From NCBI GenBank assembly GCA_963514005.1, contig OY740814.1:12028001-12092000 (forward strand): 64,000 nucleotides of DNA, written 5' to 3'. This DNA comes from Raja brachyura (taxonomy: Eukaryota). The stretch's first letter is position 1, and each line of letters begins with the position of its first letter. The position numbers and the translations under genes were made by a program. A model generated the notes under the pieces. That model saw only the letters and a list, made by a program, of their open reading frames with translations, ran no database searches and was not told where the DNA came from. Below are positions 28,575-40,480 of this stretch, in pieces.

Positions 28575-28655
28575 AACTCGACGTGCACATACGGAAGATC
28601 AAATAGAACAAGTTGTCCTACAACTTTAGGCTGTGCACGCCACACGAAAGAAGAA
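28521..28655 (+). mobile_element. Short non-autonomous retroposon with HDV-like ribozyme head and (GAA)n tail, copy 1
   Basis: Flanked by direct repeat tgtgcgc (28514-28520, 28656-28662); near-identical to the inverted copy at 45329-45469; ends gaaagaagaa. Confidence 0.9.
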
Positions 28656-30204
28656 TGTGCGCAGTCTAAATGTAATGTTGGGAGTCTTCGGGACTTTTAA
28701 GGAGAATACTAACTTAGTAGCTACTTAACCAATCATGTTTTTATGCGTTCAATAGTTTCTTGCACACCTTTGGACGAAAGATTGTTTAAATACACCATTG
28801 TGATTTGGAGACCAGAACTGTACGCAATACGCAATTTGCTAGACGTTGCCCCACCCTCGGCTCTTTTCCAGCTTTCTCAATGCCAGAAGAAGGGTCCTGA
28901 CCTGAAACTTCATCTGTCCATTCCCTCGGATACCTCCTGACTCTTTGAGTTCCTCCGGCATTTATTTTTAGCTGAATGAATGTCCCATCCAGCTGATTTA
29001 CTCCAGCATTTTGTGTCTATCTTCAGCTAATTTTAATGTTGATTCAAATTTTGTCTTGGGTCAGCTTGACAAATCTTCCCACAAATTCAAACGTTCCTGT
29101 TTTGGGGAACATTTTGGCACAATAGCAGGAAATGGAATAAAACAATAAATTGCTATGGCTTACAAAAATGAACTTTCTGATGAAGCTTAATGTGATAGCC
29201 CATGCAAATTGAATACTCTGCTTTTAGTAAAAGGGTAGGGATATTGTTTCATGCAATGCATTCATGCTGTGTTCAGTAGCTTGGACAATGAACTTAAGAT
29301 CACGCTATAATTACTGCAAATGGGTGTGACACGAGGCCAATTACATACTCATGCAACTGGAGGGTAATTGTAGATTTCTCTGTACTTTGGTATTAGTGCC
29401 TTGGGTAATTACAGTTCACAAAGATGTTTCTAACATGGAAAATCACAAACCTAAATCTCATTATCTTGGTCCTTAAGTAGGAAATATGTAATTTCCCCAC
29501 ACTGAAGGTTCTAAAATATGCACAATTACGAACATATCTCGGTTTGCTCAAATCGATTTGGAAGTAAATTTGATTCATATTTAGTCTTGTCAGTTAAACA
29601 GTCCTTTTGTGGTCAAGTAGTTACTTGTGCTTTCTAAACATTTCAATCTGAGCACTGGGTGCAGAGCTTAAAGTCCTTTGAGAAAGGAAACTAAAAGTGA
29701 AGTATTGAGCAAAACAATGTATTAGAGTAAATAAGTAGGTCAGGCAGTATCTGTGGAGGGAATGGACAGCTAATGTTTCAGAACAGCAACCTTCAAACAG
29801 ATGGAGCAAAGGACAGGTAGTTCTGTCCCGAAAAGGTTGTAAGTCCTTTACCTTCACAAATCCTGCCTGACTTGCTGAGTTACCCCAGCACTTTATGGTT
29901 TGCTCAAGATTTAAGCATCTTCGGTTCCTTGTGTACCTGAGACAAAGTCGTCATGAGTTACCAGCTCATATTACAGGTATTTAGGCAGCACTTTAGTTCC
30001 TTGGCTGCTGAATCACCCAAGTAATTAGAAAAAGAGATTCATGACGGAATCTATCCTACATTAATTTTAGGGATAATACGTTACTTTCCTGTTTTTTTAA
30101 ATGAGCAGAGAAATCTCTTTACAGCCATCCTTCTCGGGTAGAATTTGCTATTCTAATTTCTTCCAAGCCCGCCACATCCCTCCCCCATCAATAGGTAAAC
30201 ACTC

Positions 30205-30750
30205 CTCAATAAAAATACAGTGTTGGAGTAATTCAATGGGTCAGGCAGCATCTCTGGAAAACATGGGTAAGTGGCGCTCCGGTCGGGTTTCTTCTTCAGA
30301 CTGATTGTAGGAAGTGAAGGATGGAGAAAGATGGATAAGAGGTAGGGGCGTGACAAAAGCTGGCAAGTGATAGGTGGATGGGATTTTTGATAGGCAGATG
30401 GTTTGATAAAGGCCAGAGATGAAAGACTAAAGTAAGGATAGAAGTGTAAAATGTTAAGCCAGTGAAAGGAATACAAGGGGATGGGTTGGAAAGGGAGCAA
30501 TTGTCCAACCATCTGGCTATCACCTCCTTTCCCCCCCCCCCCACCCCTTCCCCCCCACCCCTTCCCCTCCACCCCTTCCCCTCCACCTCTCACTTGCCAA
30601 TCCTCTCTTATCTTCTCCTCTTGCCCACCCTTACAAGCAGTCTGAAGAAGGGTCCCGGCCCAAAAGTCATGTTCTCCAGAGGTGCTGCATGACTCGCTGA
30701 ATTACTCTGGCAACTTGTGTCTGTTTTTGTTAACCAATTTCTGCAGTTCC
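30205..30750. mobile_element. Penelope-like terminal-repeat fragments in inverted arrangement
   Basis: Minus copy (ttggagtaattcaatgggtcaggcagcatctctgga...cttcttcagactg) followed by plus copy (ctgaagaagggtcccggccc...ctgcagttcc). Confidence 0.75.
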
Positions 30751-32944
30751 TTGTGTGAACACTTCTCAATCCTAGTCAGTGCAAGTCTGCATGGCACATA
30801 TATTCCCATATATGACATGTGGAGTTGTACCGAGTAGGATTGCCAAGTGTTCACACAAGCAACTGGTTTACAAAATAAAGATGCATATGGGAAGGTACAT
30901 AGCCCTGACAATGAATTACATCTTTGCATGACACACATTCTTATTTCCTTACATTTCTCATTCACAAGGTGCTATTTGAGGACCATTAGCAGAGGCACTG
31001 TTGTTGGAGGAACCATTAAAAATGCCAGGAGGTGGTGTATCTTTTGAAGGGGCAGGAACGTTTGATTTCCACAAAATCACTCCATATATACCTGGAGTGC
31101 TTTGAACCTCCATCTTCGGTAATTTACCCCGAATGAAATTTATGGCTAAAAGTAATGTTACAAAAAATAATAAATAATTTCTCACAAGTATTGTTTAATC
31201 TCCAGAAAACATTTTCTGTGGCTCTAGATTTTCCTTGTGAGCTGGACAGTGTGTTGACAAAGCATGGATTTGCCTGTGGGCAGGCACTGGCTATTTAACT
31301 GTAAATGTTATGCTCTGTCTGCATAGGTGTTCCTCCCCATCAATCAGGGAAGGTGTGTTGTTGGCGCAATGTTCCGTAACGCGGTTATGACACTAATTCT
31401 CAGGATCATTCACAGAGCTCGCCAGGACCTGCTTATAATAAAGCACAGTGGTGTAATGGAGATATTATCAGATACCTGAAATAATCCAGTGGAAGCCCAA
31501 ATGCATAATAGTTTGAGAAGCTAAATTAATATTAACGAAACTCCGTCCTGGAAATGGCAATATGATGGTACAATATATACAAGAAACGGAGAATCCCTTT
31601 CAAGATATTCCAATATCCATCAGAAAATTAAAATTAAAATTAAAACGTTGATATATTTTTGAGAACTCGCTTCTTCAATTCTGCTTCCATGTATATCTGT
31701 CTCTGTGCACCTGTGATCTATCTAGAATTTGCAACCAATATACATGCTGTTTATGTCCCTGCCTTCTCCCACCCAACCTTTCCTCCGCATATTTCAAGCT
31801 CACTTCTCAGAACATCAGTCCCATTTTTATCTAAATTTGCACGAGATTCGATAATTTTGTATAACAATAAAATAGAGAACACCAAACTCCGGAGGGCTCA
31901 GGTGACGGCTGGTCCACGAGTGGCTGCATAATAAGCGGGTAAACCTAGACTTTGTTATTGAAACAATGCACACACCTTCCGTTGAGAAGTGGGGGGAAGC
32001 AACGCCAAGAACGCCACGCTTCACTTTAGCCCGTTGAAGTGCCCCCTATTTTCAATTGGAATCACCAATTTCTAATGTTATGGGAGAGAAAAGGGTTTGC
32101 TTAGAAGAACAAATTAATTCAGAATGACCAGTCAGATTTGCCATTCAGGTGAAAAATTTCTGCTATGGATTTCTCCTAAATATATTTTATTGATAACAAG
32201 CACATCAAATAGAATCGGAATGCCGATATCTAACCACGCCACGAGCAGTTCAATGCATTATCTCACAGGACGTCAACATGAAACGTTGCATCAGCGAAGT
32301 GTGTGGGAGTCCTTCAGTCTATCGTGGAGTTAAGACGGTCTGTTCTGGCTACACCGAGATCAGTGTCCCCCTCGCCACCTGTTCCCGCATCTGGGAATGT
32401 TGCAGCATTTGGTTGCAGAGGTCTTGCACTGGGGGACCAACGAGCTTCAGGCAGACCAAGGTGCGACTTTGACTGAGTTGATTCTGATCTTGCACAGCGC
32501 CTGTCTGGGATCTGATGAGACTGAAAGGTTCGCTTTGGTCGGTTCCTCCCTTGAGAGCCGCGGGTGGCCTTTGCTCTCACTACTCATCCTAGAAACCGAA
32601 CCCCATGTAAACAGGACTACCGGCGCACGCATTAAATGTTACTATGCCCCGAAACAAGGGAATTGCAACAAAACAAACTATCGGACGACAGTGAACTGTA
32701 GATGTTGGATTCTTGCCTGGAACGCAAAGTGCTGGAGTCACTCCGCGGGTCTGGCAGTACCTCTTCCCCCATTTCTCTCCGTATTTCTCCCCTCTATTGC
32801 AAACAGTCTGAAGAAGAGTCCCGAGGGAAACATTGCCTATCCTCCAGAGTTACTCCAGCACTTTCCACAAACGAAGGAGACATTTGGTTTTGCCAGAGGT
32901 CAGCTTCACACAGAATCTTGACCAGCTGATTTAAATCTAACATA

Positions 32945-33280
32945 CAGTCAGAGTGATACAGCGTGGAAACAGGCCCTTCGGTCCAACTTGTCCACACCGA
33001 CCAACATGTATGTCCCTTCTACACCAGTCCCATTTGCATGCGTTTGGCCCATATCCCTCTGAACATCGTCTATCCATGCACCTGTCTAATTGTTTCTGAA
33101 ATGTTGCAACAGTCCTCGCCTCAGCTCCTGGCAGCTCGTTCTATACACCCACCACCCTTTGTGTGAAAAAGTTACCGATTCATATTAAATCTTTCCCCCT
33201 TCACTCTAAACCCAAGTCTGGTTCTCGATGTCTCTCAGGGCAAGATCTATCCCTCTCATTATTTTATACACTTTATATAA
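32945..33280 (-). mobile_element. CR1-like LINE 3' fragment
   Basis: Reverse complement of the family sequence at 53670-53970. Confidence 0.8.
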
Positions 33281-33364
33281 AGAGAATACCACAAATACAG
33301 TGAGCCCACCAGCTCAAGCGACAAAGTGTAAATTTGTAAATCCTTTAACAGAACTGTTTGATAT

Positions 33365-33830
33365 TGAAGGTAGACACAAAATGTTGGAGTAACTCAGCGG
33401 GACAGGCAGCAGCATCCCTGGAGAGAAGGAATGGGTGACGTTTCGGGTTGAGACCCTTCTTCAGCCATTTATTTTGATTTTACAGCATCAGGCTCCAGCG
33501 TCCAGAGTGGTAGCTGTGTGGAATGAGCTTCCAGTGGAAGTGGTGGAGGCAGGTTCGATTTTATCATTTAAAAATAAATTGGATAGGTATATGGACGGGA
33601 AGGGAATGGAGGGTTATGGCCTGAGTGCAGGTAGATGGGAGGAAGAAGGGTCTCGACCCGAAACGTCGCCTATCTCCTTCGCTCCTTAGATGCTGCTGCA
33701 CCCGCTGAGTTTCTCCAGCTTTTTGTGTAACCCTGTAGGTAGATGGGACTAGGTGAGAGTAAGTGTTCGGCACGGACCAGAAGGGCCGAGATGGTCTGTT
33801 TCCGTGCTGTAATTGTTATATGGTTCAGAT
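33365..33830. mobile_element. Nested TE cluster: Penelope short repeat (-, 33365-33464); CR1-like 3' end (+, ~33500-33825) interrupted by a Penelope short repeat (+, 33641-33733)
   Basis: Inner insertion flanked by tgcaggtagatggga / tgtaggtagatggga (33626-33640, 33734-33748); CR1 remnant RVVAVWNELPVEVVEAGSI. Confidence 0.85.
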
Positions 33831-34219
33831 TCGGAACATGTAGATTATTTTTTTTAAAGATTCCCTTTGATTGCTAATGTTACTTTATTTCAGAATGCAA
33901 TTCTGCAATATCCAGCCGGTCTTAACCCATGCGTTTCAATGTATCCACTGGGGAGCGAGTGAGCAAGCAAGCAGCTACTCCACGTTGGTGACTCTGTTTG
34001 TTATTTTGGATACTTTGGTCCTGGGCGTGGCGTGCGTGGGCGCTGCTACTGCTGCTGCGGGGAGGCGGGCTCGGCTCGGATCAGCTCGGCAAGTTTTCAG
34101 CGGCGGCTGCAGGGGGAGAGATCGGGCGGCATGCGAGCCTGGAGTCTCAATCCCCGGAGCGAAGAACGGGCTTCACCGAGCAGCAACAGCCGTCTCCCCC
34201 ACTCCTCACACCTCCCACC

Positions 34220-34261
34220 ATGGCATCGTTCCCCGAAGTACGCGGCATCGCCACCGACGAG
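34220..34261 (+). CDS. NEDD4: NEDD4 first coding exon (MASFPEVRGIATDE)
   Basis: Kozak ccaccATGg; donor |gtaaaa; resembles the human N-terminus MATCAVEVFGLLEDE; phase 0 joins exon 2. Confidence 0.85.
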
Positions 34262-34758
34262 GTAAAAAAAAAAAAAATGCCCAGGCGCTACTTGTTCAAC
34301 ACAACACCGCCACCCAAAGCAAAGATCTCCGGGGCTGATTGCTACTCTGTGCCGCGGCCGAGCCGGGAGAGGGGGGACTCGCTTCCTCGTCCGTCCTTCT
34401 GACCAGGAGCTGTCTTGTGCGGGCGGGGCGGGGCGGGGTGGAGAATCCGGCTCCCCGACAACTGGGCTTCCACCTCTCCCCTCCTGTCCCCCCCCCCCCC
34501 GGGAGAAGAAGGTAACGGCGGGTCTTCCAGAGTTCAGGCCTACATATCCCACGTATCAGGGCTCGCCAGCTTCCAAGCCCCAAGCCAATGCCCCGCAACC
34601 TGATTTGTTGCTAATTCGTGGCCGGACACCGCCTCCCTCCCCAAAATACTAGAGGATATCTACCAGCTCCTCTAGTATCTTTGCCCCTCGCCCCCCTCCC
34701 CCCTCCCCAAACCCCACCGTCGCTTCTGGTCACTAACGCGCCGATTTGTCGTTTGCAG

Positions 34759-34832
34759 GAAGGATCTCGAATTCTAAGAGTGAGAATTTTAGCTGGGATG
34801 GGCCTGGCGAAGAAGGATATTTTGGGAGCCAG
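34759..34832 (+). CDS. NEDD4: NEDD4 exon 2, 74 nt (start of C2 domain)
   Basis: Branch-like cactaac (34731-34737); acceptor tttgcag|; EGSRILRVRILAGMGLAKKDILGAS; donor |gtaggt. KKDILGAS and the RFX7 neighbour favour NEDD4 over NEDD4L. Confidence 0.95.
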
Positions 34833-35179
34833 GTAGGTGTTTTAATTTTTTTGGGGGTGGGGGGGTGGGGGAGAGAACAGGAACGGCAAAGATACAAGAG
34901 GAGCTAGTATTGGTGACTGGAACTGAGCACCTAAATATGACCAGGGTGCTCGCCCACTGTGTCAACCTAAACGTGGATCGAGGGGATTCTTAGAATGAAG
35001 TAACAGAGTTAGTAATCACTTTGTTAAAAAAAAGGTCAACTTACCAAGATTGGGTCAGTAGTAAAGGATCAATGTTATTCTCACTGAGACACAAAATGCT
35101 GTTGTAACTCGGCGGGACAGGTAGCATCTCTGGAGAGAAGGGATGGGTGACGTTTCGGATCGAGACCCTTCTTCCTGCT

Positions 35180-35432
35180 GACTGATCACCCAGAGTTCCC
35201 GGTTCAAATCCAACTTCAGCAGTGTTGGAACTTCAGTCAACAGTGTAGAATTTGGGGCAGGGGGATCCGATTGGTCTTTGATGGCGATTAAAACTGCTGG
35301 ATTGGAGTTCAAATCTCATCTGCTTTAGCAATGTCCCTTGGGGAAGGAAGTCAAAATGCAGGCTGGTCCATATGTGACCACAATGTGATTGACTCTTAAA
35401 TGTCTGAAGTAGTCCAACAAACCACTCGCTGA
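35180..35432 (+). mobile_element. Old Deu-domain SINE
   Basis: ccggttcaaatcc B-box; aatgtcccttggggaaggaa...caatgtgattgactcttaaatg...aaaccactc. Confidence 0.55.
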
Positions 35433-35439
35433 CCATTAC

Positions 35440-37860
35440 TGTAATGCAATGTTCAGAGAAGGATTAGAACCTACATGGTGTCGGCCTTGTCACTGTATCC
35501 AGATACAGCCAGGTTCCTCCCAGTCTCTCAGACTTGCAAACATCTGAGGATTGGGAGAATTGTACCCAAGCCACAGCCTGATGTAATTCCTACAGACAAC
35601 GTGCATGGCTCCTCCATTGCAACATGCTTTGTGCCACTGACGTATGCAGTGATCTGCTGATTGTGGGGCTTGCAAAGCATTCCTTGGAATCCCTAGGTTT
35701 GACTCCAAACCCTGCAATATTCCATGGTATCAGCAAGGATCCTGGTCCTGATCACCACCTGCCATTCCCCCTTGGTTGATGAATCAGTTCTCCATCATCT
35801 CAGACAATGGTGGAGGAAACACCGAAAGGAGCATGGGCACCGAATGTACCCTGCATGGGGTTGAATGCCATCACTGATTGACCATATAGTCCCATATTGG
35901 CTGAACTAGGCAAATCTTGAAGGATGTACCTGGAGAATGGGTCTCTGGCAGGCAGTGAGAGATAAATCTAATTGAAGGTAGACACAAAATGTTGGAGTAA
36001 CTCAGCGGGCCAGGCAGTCTGAAGAAGGGTCTCGACCCGAAACGTCACCCATGGAGTCCGAAGAAGGATCTCGACCCGAAACACCACCCATTCCTTCTCT
36101 CCAGAGATGCTGCCTGACCCGCTGAGTTACTCCAGCATTTTGTGTCAACCTTTGATTTAAACCAGCATCGACAGTTCTGTAGTACTGCCAACAATGGTAG
36201 TGCTGACTCTCAACATCTTTGTGGATTCAGAAGCTCTGGCATCGTGTAAAGGAAGCACTTGATTGTAATGTGTCACTCTACTGTAAATGGGACAGACATG
36301 GAGTGAATCTGGCGGCTCAGAACAGGATATCCATGAGGCTCTGTATTGGTTTATTATTGTCATGTATACCGAGATACAGGGAGAAACTCTGTTTGCACGC
36401 TACCCAGACAAATCCAATCGTACATGAATACAACAGGTGGTTAAAGGGAGAACGTAAACAGAAGATCAAGTTACTGCTGGAGAGAATGTGCAGATAATAA
36501 AGGATAATGGACACGACAAGGTTGATTGGAAGATGGGGGAATCCTTCCTTAGTTTATGACCGTCCAACACAAGAATCTGATAATAACGGGGAATAAGCTG
36601 TTCTGGAATCTGATGGTAGAGGCCTCCAACTATGGTCTGTCAACAGCAGCAGCAGCAGAAATGTCCAGCATTACGATGTGCAAGCTCATGGTTTAGCGTA
36701 TCCTACACACTCCCATTACTAATGAGCCAGGGCATCAACATTGATTCAGTGACGAGCAGACCGGGGGCAGCATCAGTTGCACCTACAATAATGAGGTGCT
36801 ATCCTAATGAAGCTGCAATACCAAATCAAAAGGGTCCTCAACAGCATGTGGTTGATAGAGCTAATTTTATCTTGCAAACAGTTGTGAACATTGAAGTTCT
36901 GCAGTTCCACCTTATCTAATCATAGACAATTAAACAACAAATTAGAGGAGGAGGTCCCAAGAACATCCCTCTCCTCATTGATGGCAGAGACCAGAACAGG
37001 AGTGATTAATTTAAGAATGAAGCATTTTTAACTGTGATCAACCAGTGCATGAAAGTCCCTCCCCTCCCCCCCCCATCAACCTCCCACCCCCCCTCACCCC
37101 CTTCCCCCCAGCATTATAGAAGCCAGTCTCCAGCCAATTTATTTTGCACCATACAATGTCAAGATGAGAGGAATGGATACAGCAAGGGACCAGCCAAAAT
37201 CTTAACTACCACAGAAGACTCCAGAACCAGCCGTGCCTCTAGCTCCATTCTAGTACTGTTGGAATACAGGCATCAATCTGACAGTGTGAAAGGTTGCCCT
37301 GATGTGCACTGCTCACAAAATGCAGCTAATTACCCAATCACTCTGCTCTTAGTCATCAGCACAGTGGTGAAAGTGGCACATACTCGCCAATAACTATTCG
37401 CTGTTGTTCAGTTTGTGTTTTGCTGGGACTACTTGGCATCAGACCTCATCATGACCCAGGTCCAAACAAAGAGCGAGGGTTGAATACCGTAGATGAGTTG
37501 ATTTGTGACTGCACTTGACGTCAAGCAGCACTTGACTGAGTGTGACATAAAGATACTTTTGAAAAAATGAAGTTAAAGGCACTTTAATGGTCATGATACC
37601 AGTCACCCACTCCCAGGACATCGTGGTGGAGTTTCAAACAGCAATGTCCATGGTCCAACTGTCTTCAGCTGCTTCACCATTGACTGTCTTGACCAGTCCG
37701 CCATCATTGCATTCTCATGATACTGGAATTCCATACCCAACAGCACTGTATCTTCACTAGAACATTTACATCAGTTCTAGTAGATGTCACAACACCACCG
37801 CCTTGAGTGTGGTTAGCACATTTTGACCTTGCTAGCAACCCCAGATCCTGATCACAACAT
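35440..37860 (+). mobile_element. Old, fragmented CR1-like LINE remnant interrupted by younger elements
   Basis: Degenerate EN/RT-like and tail sequence (ctggaattccatacccaacagcactgt...caccaccgccttgag); heavily decayed, boundaries rough. Confidence 0.45.
35972..36180. mobile_element. Penelope-derived short element with inverted 5' piece and two tandem hammerhead-like cores (36019-36046 intact, 36058-36085 degenerate)
   Basis: CTGAAGAAGGGTCTCGACCCGAAACGTC followed by a mutated repeat of the same unit. Confidence 0.8.
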
Positions 37861-39194
37861 TAAAGAAATAATGTGGTCCATTTCTGACAGTTTCAATACA
37901 CAAGTTAGAAAGCTTTGAAACTTGTTATTCCACAATGGTGTAATAATACATTATTAATGTGTTTTGGATTGACATTGCATGTCATTTCCTTTTTATGTGA
38001 GTCTCAACCAGTCCATTGTTTAAATAATGTGGGTGAGCCGGTTGGTGGGATGAGTCATTGTGAGCCACCCCAATCTTACAAGAACATTAGTTGGCGGAAA
38101 TAACAAGAGATTGCACTTTAAAAGATTAAAAATACCATAGCTGATGACTGAAAGTTTCTTAACTCGTTCTAGATTGGCTCTGTGCAGGTCTAAATATATG
38201 GTGAACCTTGGCATCAGACAGACAGAAGAGTGCAAGACAGGGGCACAGGGCACAGGCTTAAACTTCCTGCTACCTTATCCAATCAAATATTACCAAGGTT
38301 GTCCCGAAGGATTGGATATGGAGCGAATCCTGAAGTTAGAAGAGAACCAGAAATACTTTGAGCTGCAGCAGCTGGTCTATGGTTCAATATTAAATTGAAG
38401 AAAACATTTTAACTATTCCCTTTGTGTTTACTGAGGGCTTTTCCTCTAGCCCCCTTCTATATATTCCAGATCTGAAACCAGGTGAGAAATTCCCAGATTG
38501 TATGTCTGAATGTGATTTCCCCTCCCCCCCCCCCCTTTCATTGTCTCAAGGACGTCAAGGGTATGGGGGGGGGGGGAATGCAGGAGAATGGAGTTGTTGG
38601 AAAGATAGATCATCCATGATTGAATGACGGAGTAGACTTGATGGGCCAAATGGCCTAATTCTACTCCTATAATTTATGAGCGTATGACTACTCGATCATT
38701 TTGTCCATGTAAAATTCAACTGTAGCATTAAACTAGAGTAAAATTCTGATCAATTAATATCCAACTATTCAGCAAACCCGATTCTTTGGCATCTGGTTCA
38801 CTGGGTGCTGATTCCTGTGCTCCCTTTCAACTCACCTGATTTCCTGGACAATTCTGTGATGTAATGTTGATATATTAAAAAAAACATATGTTTGTTGGAG
38901 CGTTAGAATAATTTCTAGAAAAACTCGCTAGTCTTGCACCACAAAAGTCCTGAGCACAATGGATGATCTGAGTTTTGCTGTACTGGATGTAGTGGGCCTG
39001 TTCAATTTCAAGATTAATCTTCAAAACGTGGAGCCTATTTGTTTGTGAGTTTTTAGTAAGATTTTAAGGATGCATAGTCATTCTCTGTAGTCATAATGCA
39101 TGAAGTAAATCCAGGTTGAATTCTATGTTGAATAAGCTTTGACCAGATCTGACCACTTACCATGAATGGAGACTCGCGACCATCTGGTTCTTTA

Positions 39195-39472
39195 CTTTAG
39201 ACGCTAAACTCTAAAGATACAGCCCTTCAGCCCACTTGCCAGTGCTGACTAGCTATTACCCCGTACACTAACCCTATCCAACACACTAGGGACAATTTAC
39301 CTACTAACCTGTGCATCTTTGGAGTGTGTGAGGATACCAGAGCACCCAGAGAAAACCCACGCGGTCACAGGGAGAACGTACAAACTCCGTATAGGCAGCA
39401 CCCATAGTCAGGATTGAAGCTGGGTCTCTGGCGCTGTAAGGCAGAAATCCTACTGCTGAGGCGCTGTGCCTC
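39195..39472 (-). mobile_element. HE1-like V-SINE
   Basis: Same family sequence (gagaaaacccacgcggtcacagggagaacgtacaaactcc). Confidence 0.8.
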
Positions 39473-39929
39473 CCTCTGCTACACATCTAATCGTCATTCA
39501 TAGATGGAAACAGTGGCGATGGATGTCTGTGTTCTTTTTCCTTTTGTCTATAATGGATTTGGATTTAAGCCAGTAAAATCCACAGGTGGTGGAACAGGTC
39601 TCAATCATTGGCCCAGCACTGTTGTTCCCAGTGACTGCTGCACTGTATATGTCACGTTCAGAATTATTGTTTCAACATTATTATACCATCTCCCTGTGGA
39701 GTATGTTTCAAAGATTTACCTCTTATTCAACACAGGGCTACTTCCACAGGTCAGCCTCGGCTTTACTCCTGCAACTCTCCTTTCTGTAAAGTGTTGACCA
39801 CATCCTTTGTACTTCTATTCCTCCCAATTGCCTCATCTATTCATGTGACATCAATTCACACACGTAAAACAACCCCTAAAGGCAACATGTGATGAAAGCC
39901 ACAATGACGTGCATTCAAAAGAAAACTGC

Positions 39930-40480
39930 ACACAAAGTGTTGGAGTAACTGGGTGGGTCAGGCAGCTTCTCTGGAGGACATGGATATGTGATGTTTTGGG
40001 TCGGGACCCTTCTTCATACTGATTGCCGTGGAGAGGAGTGGGTGCAGCTGGAAGTGAAGTGGGGGCAGGACAAATTCTGGCAATGGATGGGTGGATAGAC
40101 AGAAAATGCTGGAGTAACTCAGCGAAACAGGCAGCATCTGGATAGAATGAATATGTGACGTTTTGGGTCGAGACTCTTCTATCCTCAAGGGATGGGTGGA
40201 TACAGGTGGAGATTTATATTTGAGACAAAGATGGTTGGACTGAGGCTAGGGATGTAAAGACACAAAGTTTGAGATAAGGATAGAAGAGGTATTAATTGTG
40301 AAGCCAGAGAAAGGAATACATGTTGAAGCGTGAACGGGATAAATGAGTGTGGATCCTGGTGGTGGGGGGGGGGGGGGGGAGAGGGGGAAAAGAAGGGAGG
40401 AGGGTTGTTTGTAGGTTAGTGACCTGGAATCGAAAAATTCAATGTCCATGCCATCAGGTTGTAAACTTCCGAGAGGGATT
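39930..40480 (-). mobile_element. Degenerate Penelope-like terminal-repeat fragments
   Basis: Two ggagtaactc...ggcagcatc...gggtcgag units and GSLQPDGMDIEF remnant on the minus strand. Confidence 0.7.

Larger units (their letters stand above)
33900..34900 (+). promoter_or_regulatory. NEDD4: CpG island / promoter and 5' region of NEDD4
   Basis: Abrupt GC- and CpG-rich block with GC boxes (gggcggggcggggcgggg ~34420-34438) spanning exons 1-2. Confidence 0.8.

Noticed and set aside
32397-32921. 174-aa ORF as a protein-coding gene
   Set aside because: No recognisable domain, non-ATG start, and its 3' half runs through a Penelope fragment.
33871-34836. Several overlapping 60-155 aa ORFs
   Set aside because: By-product of GC-rich CpG island sequence; only the two short NEDD4 exons are supported.
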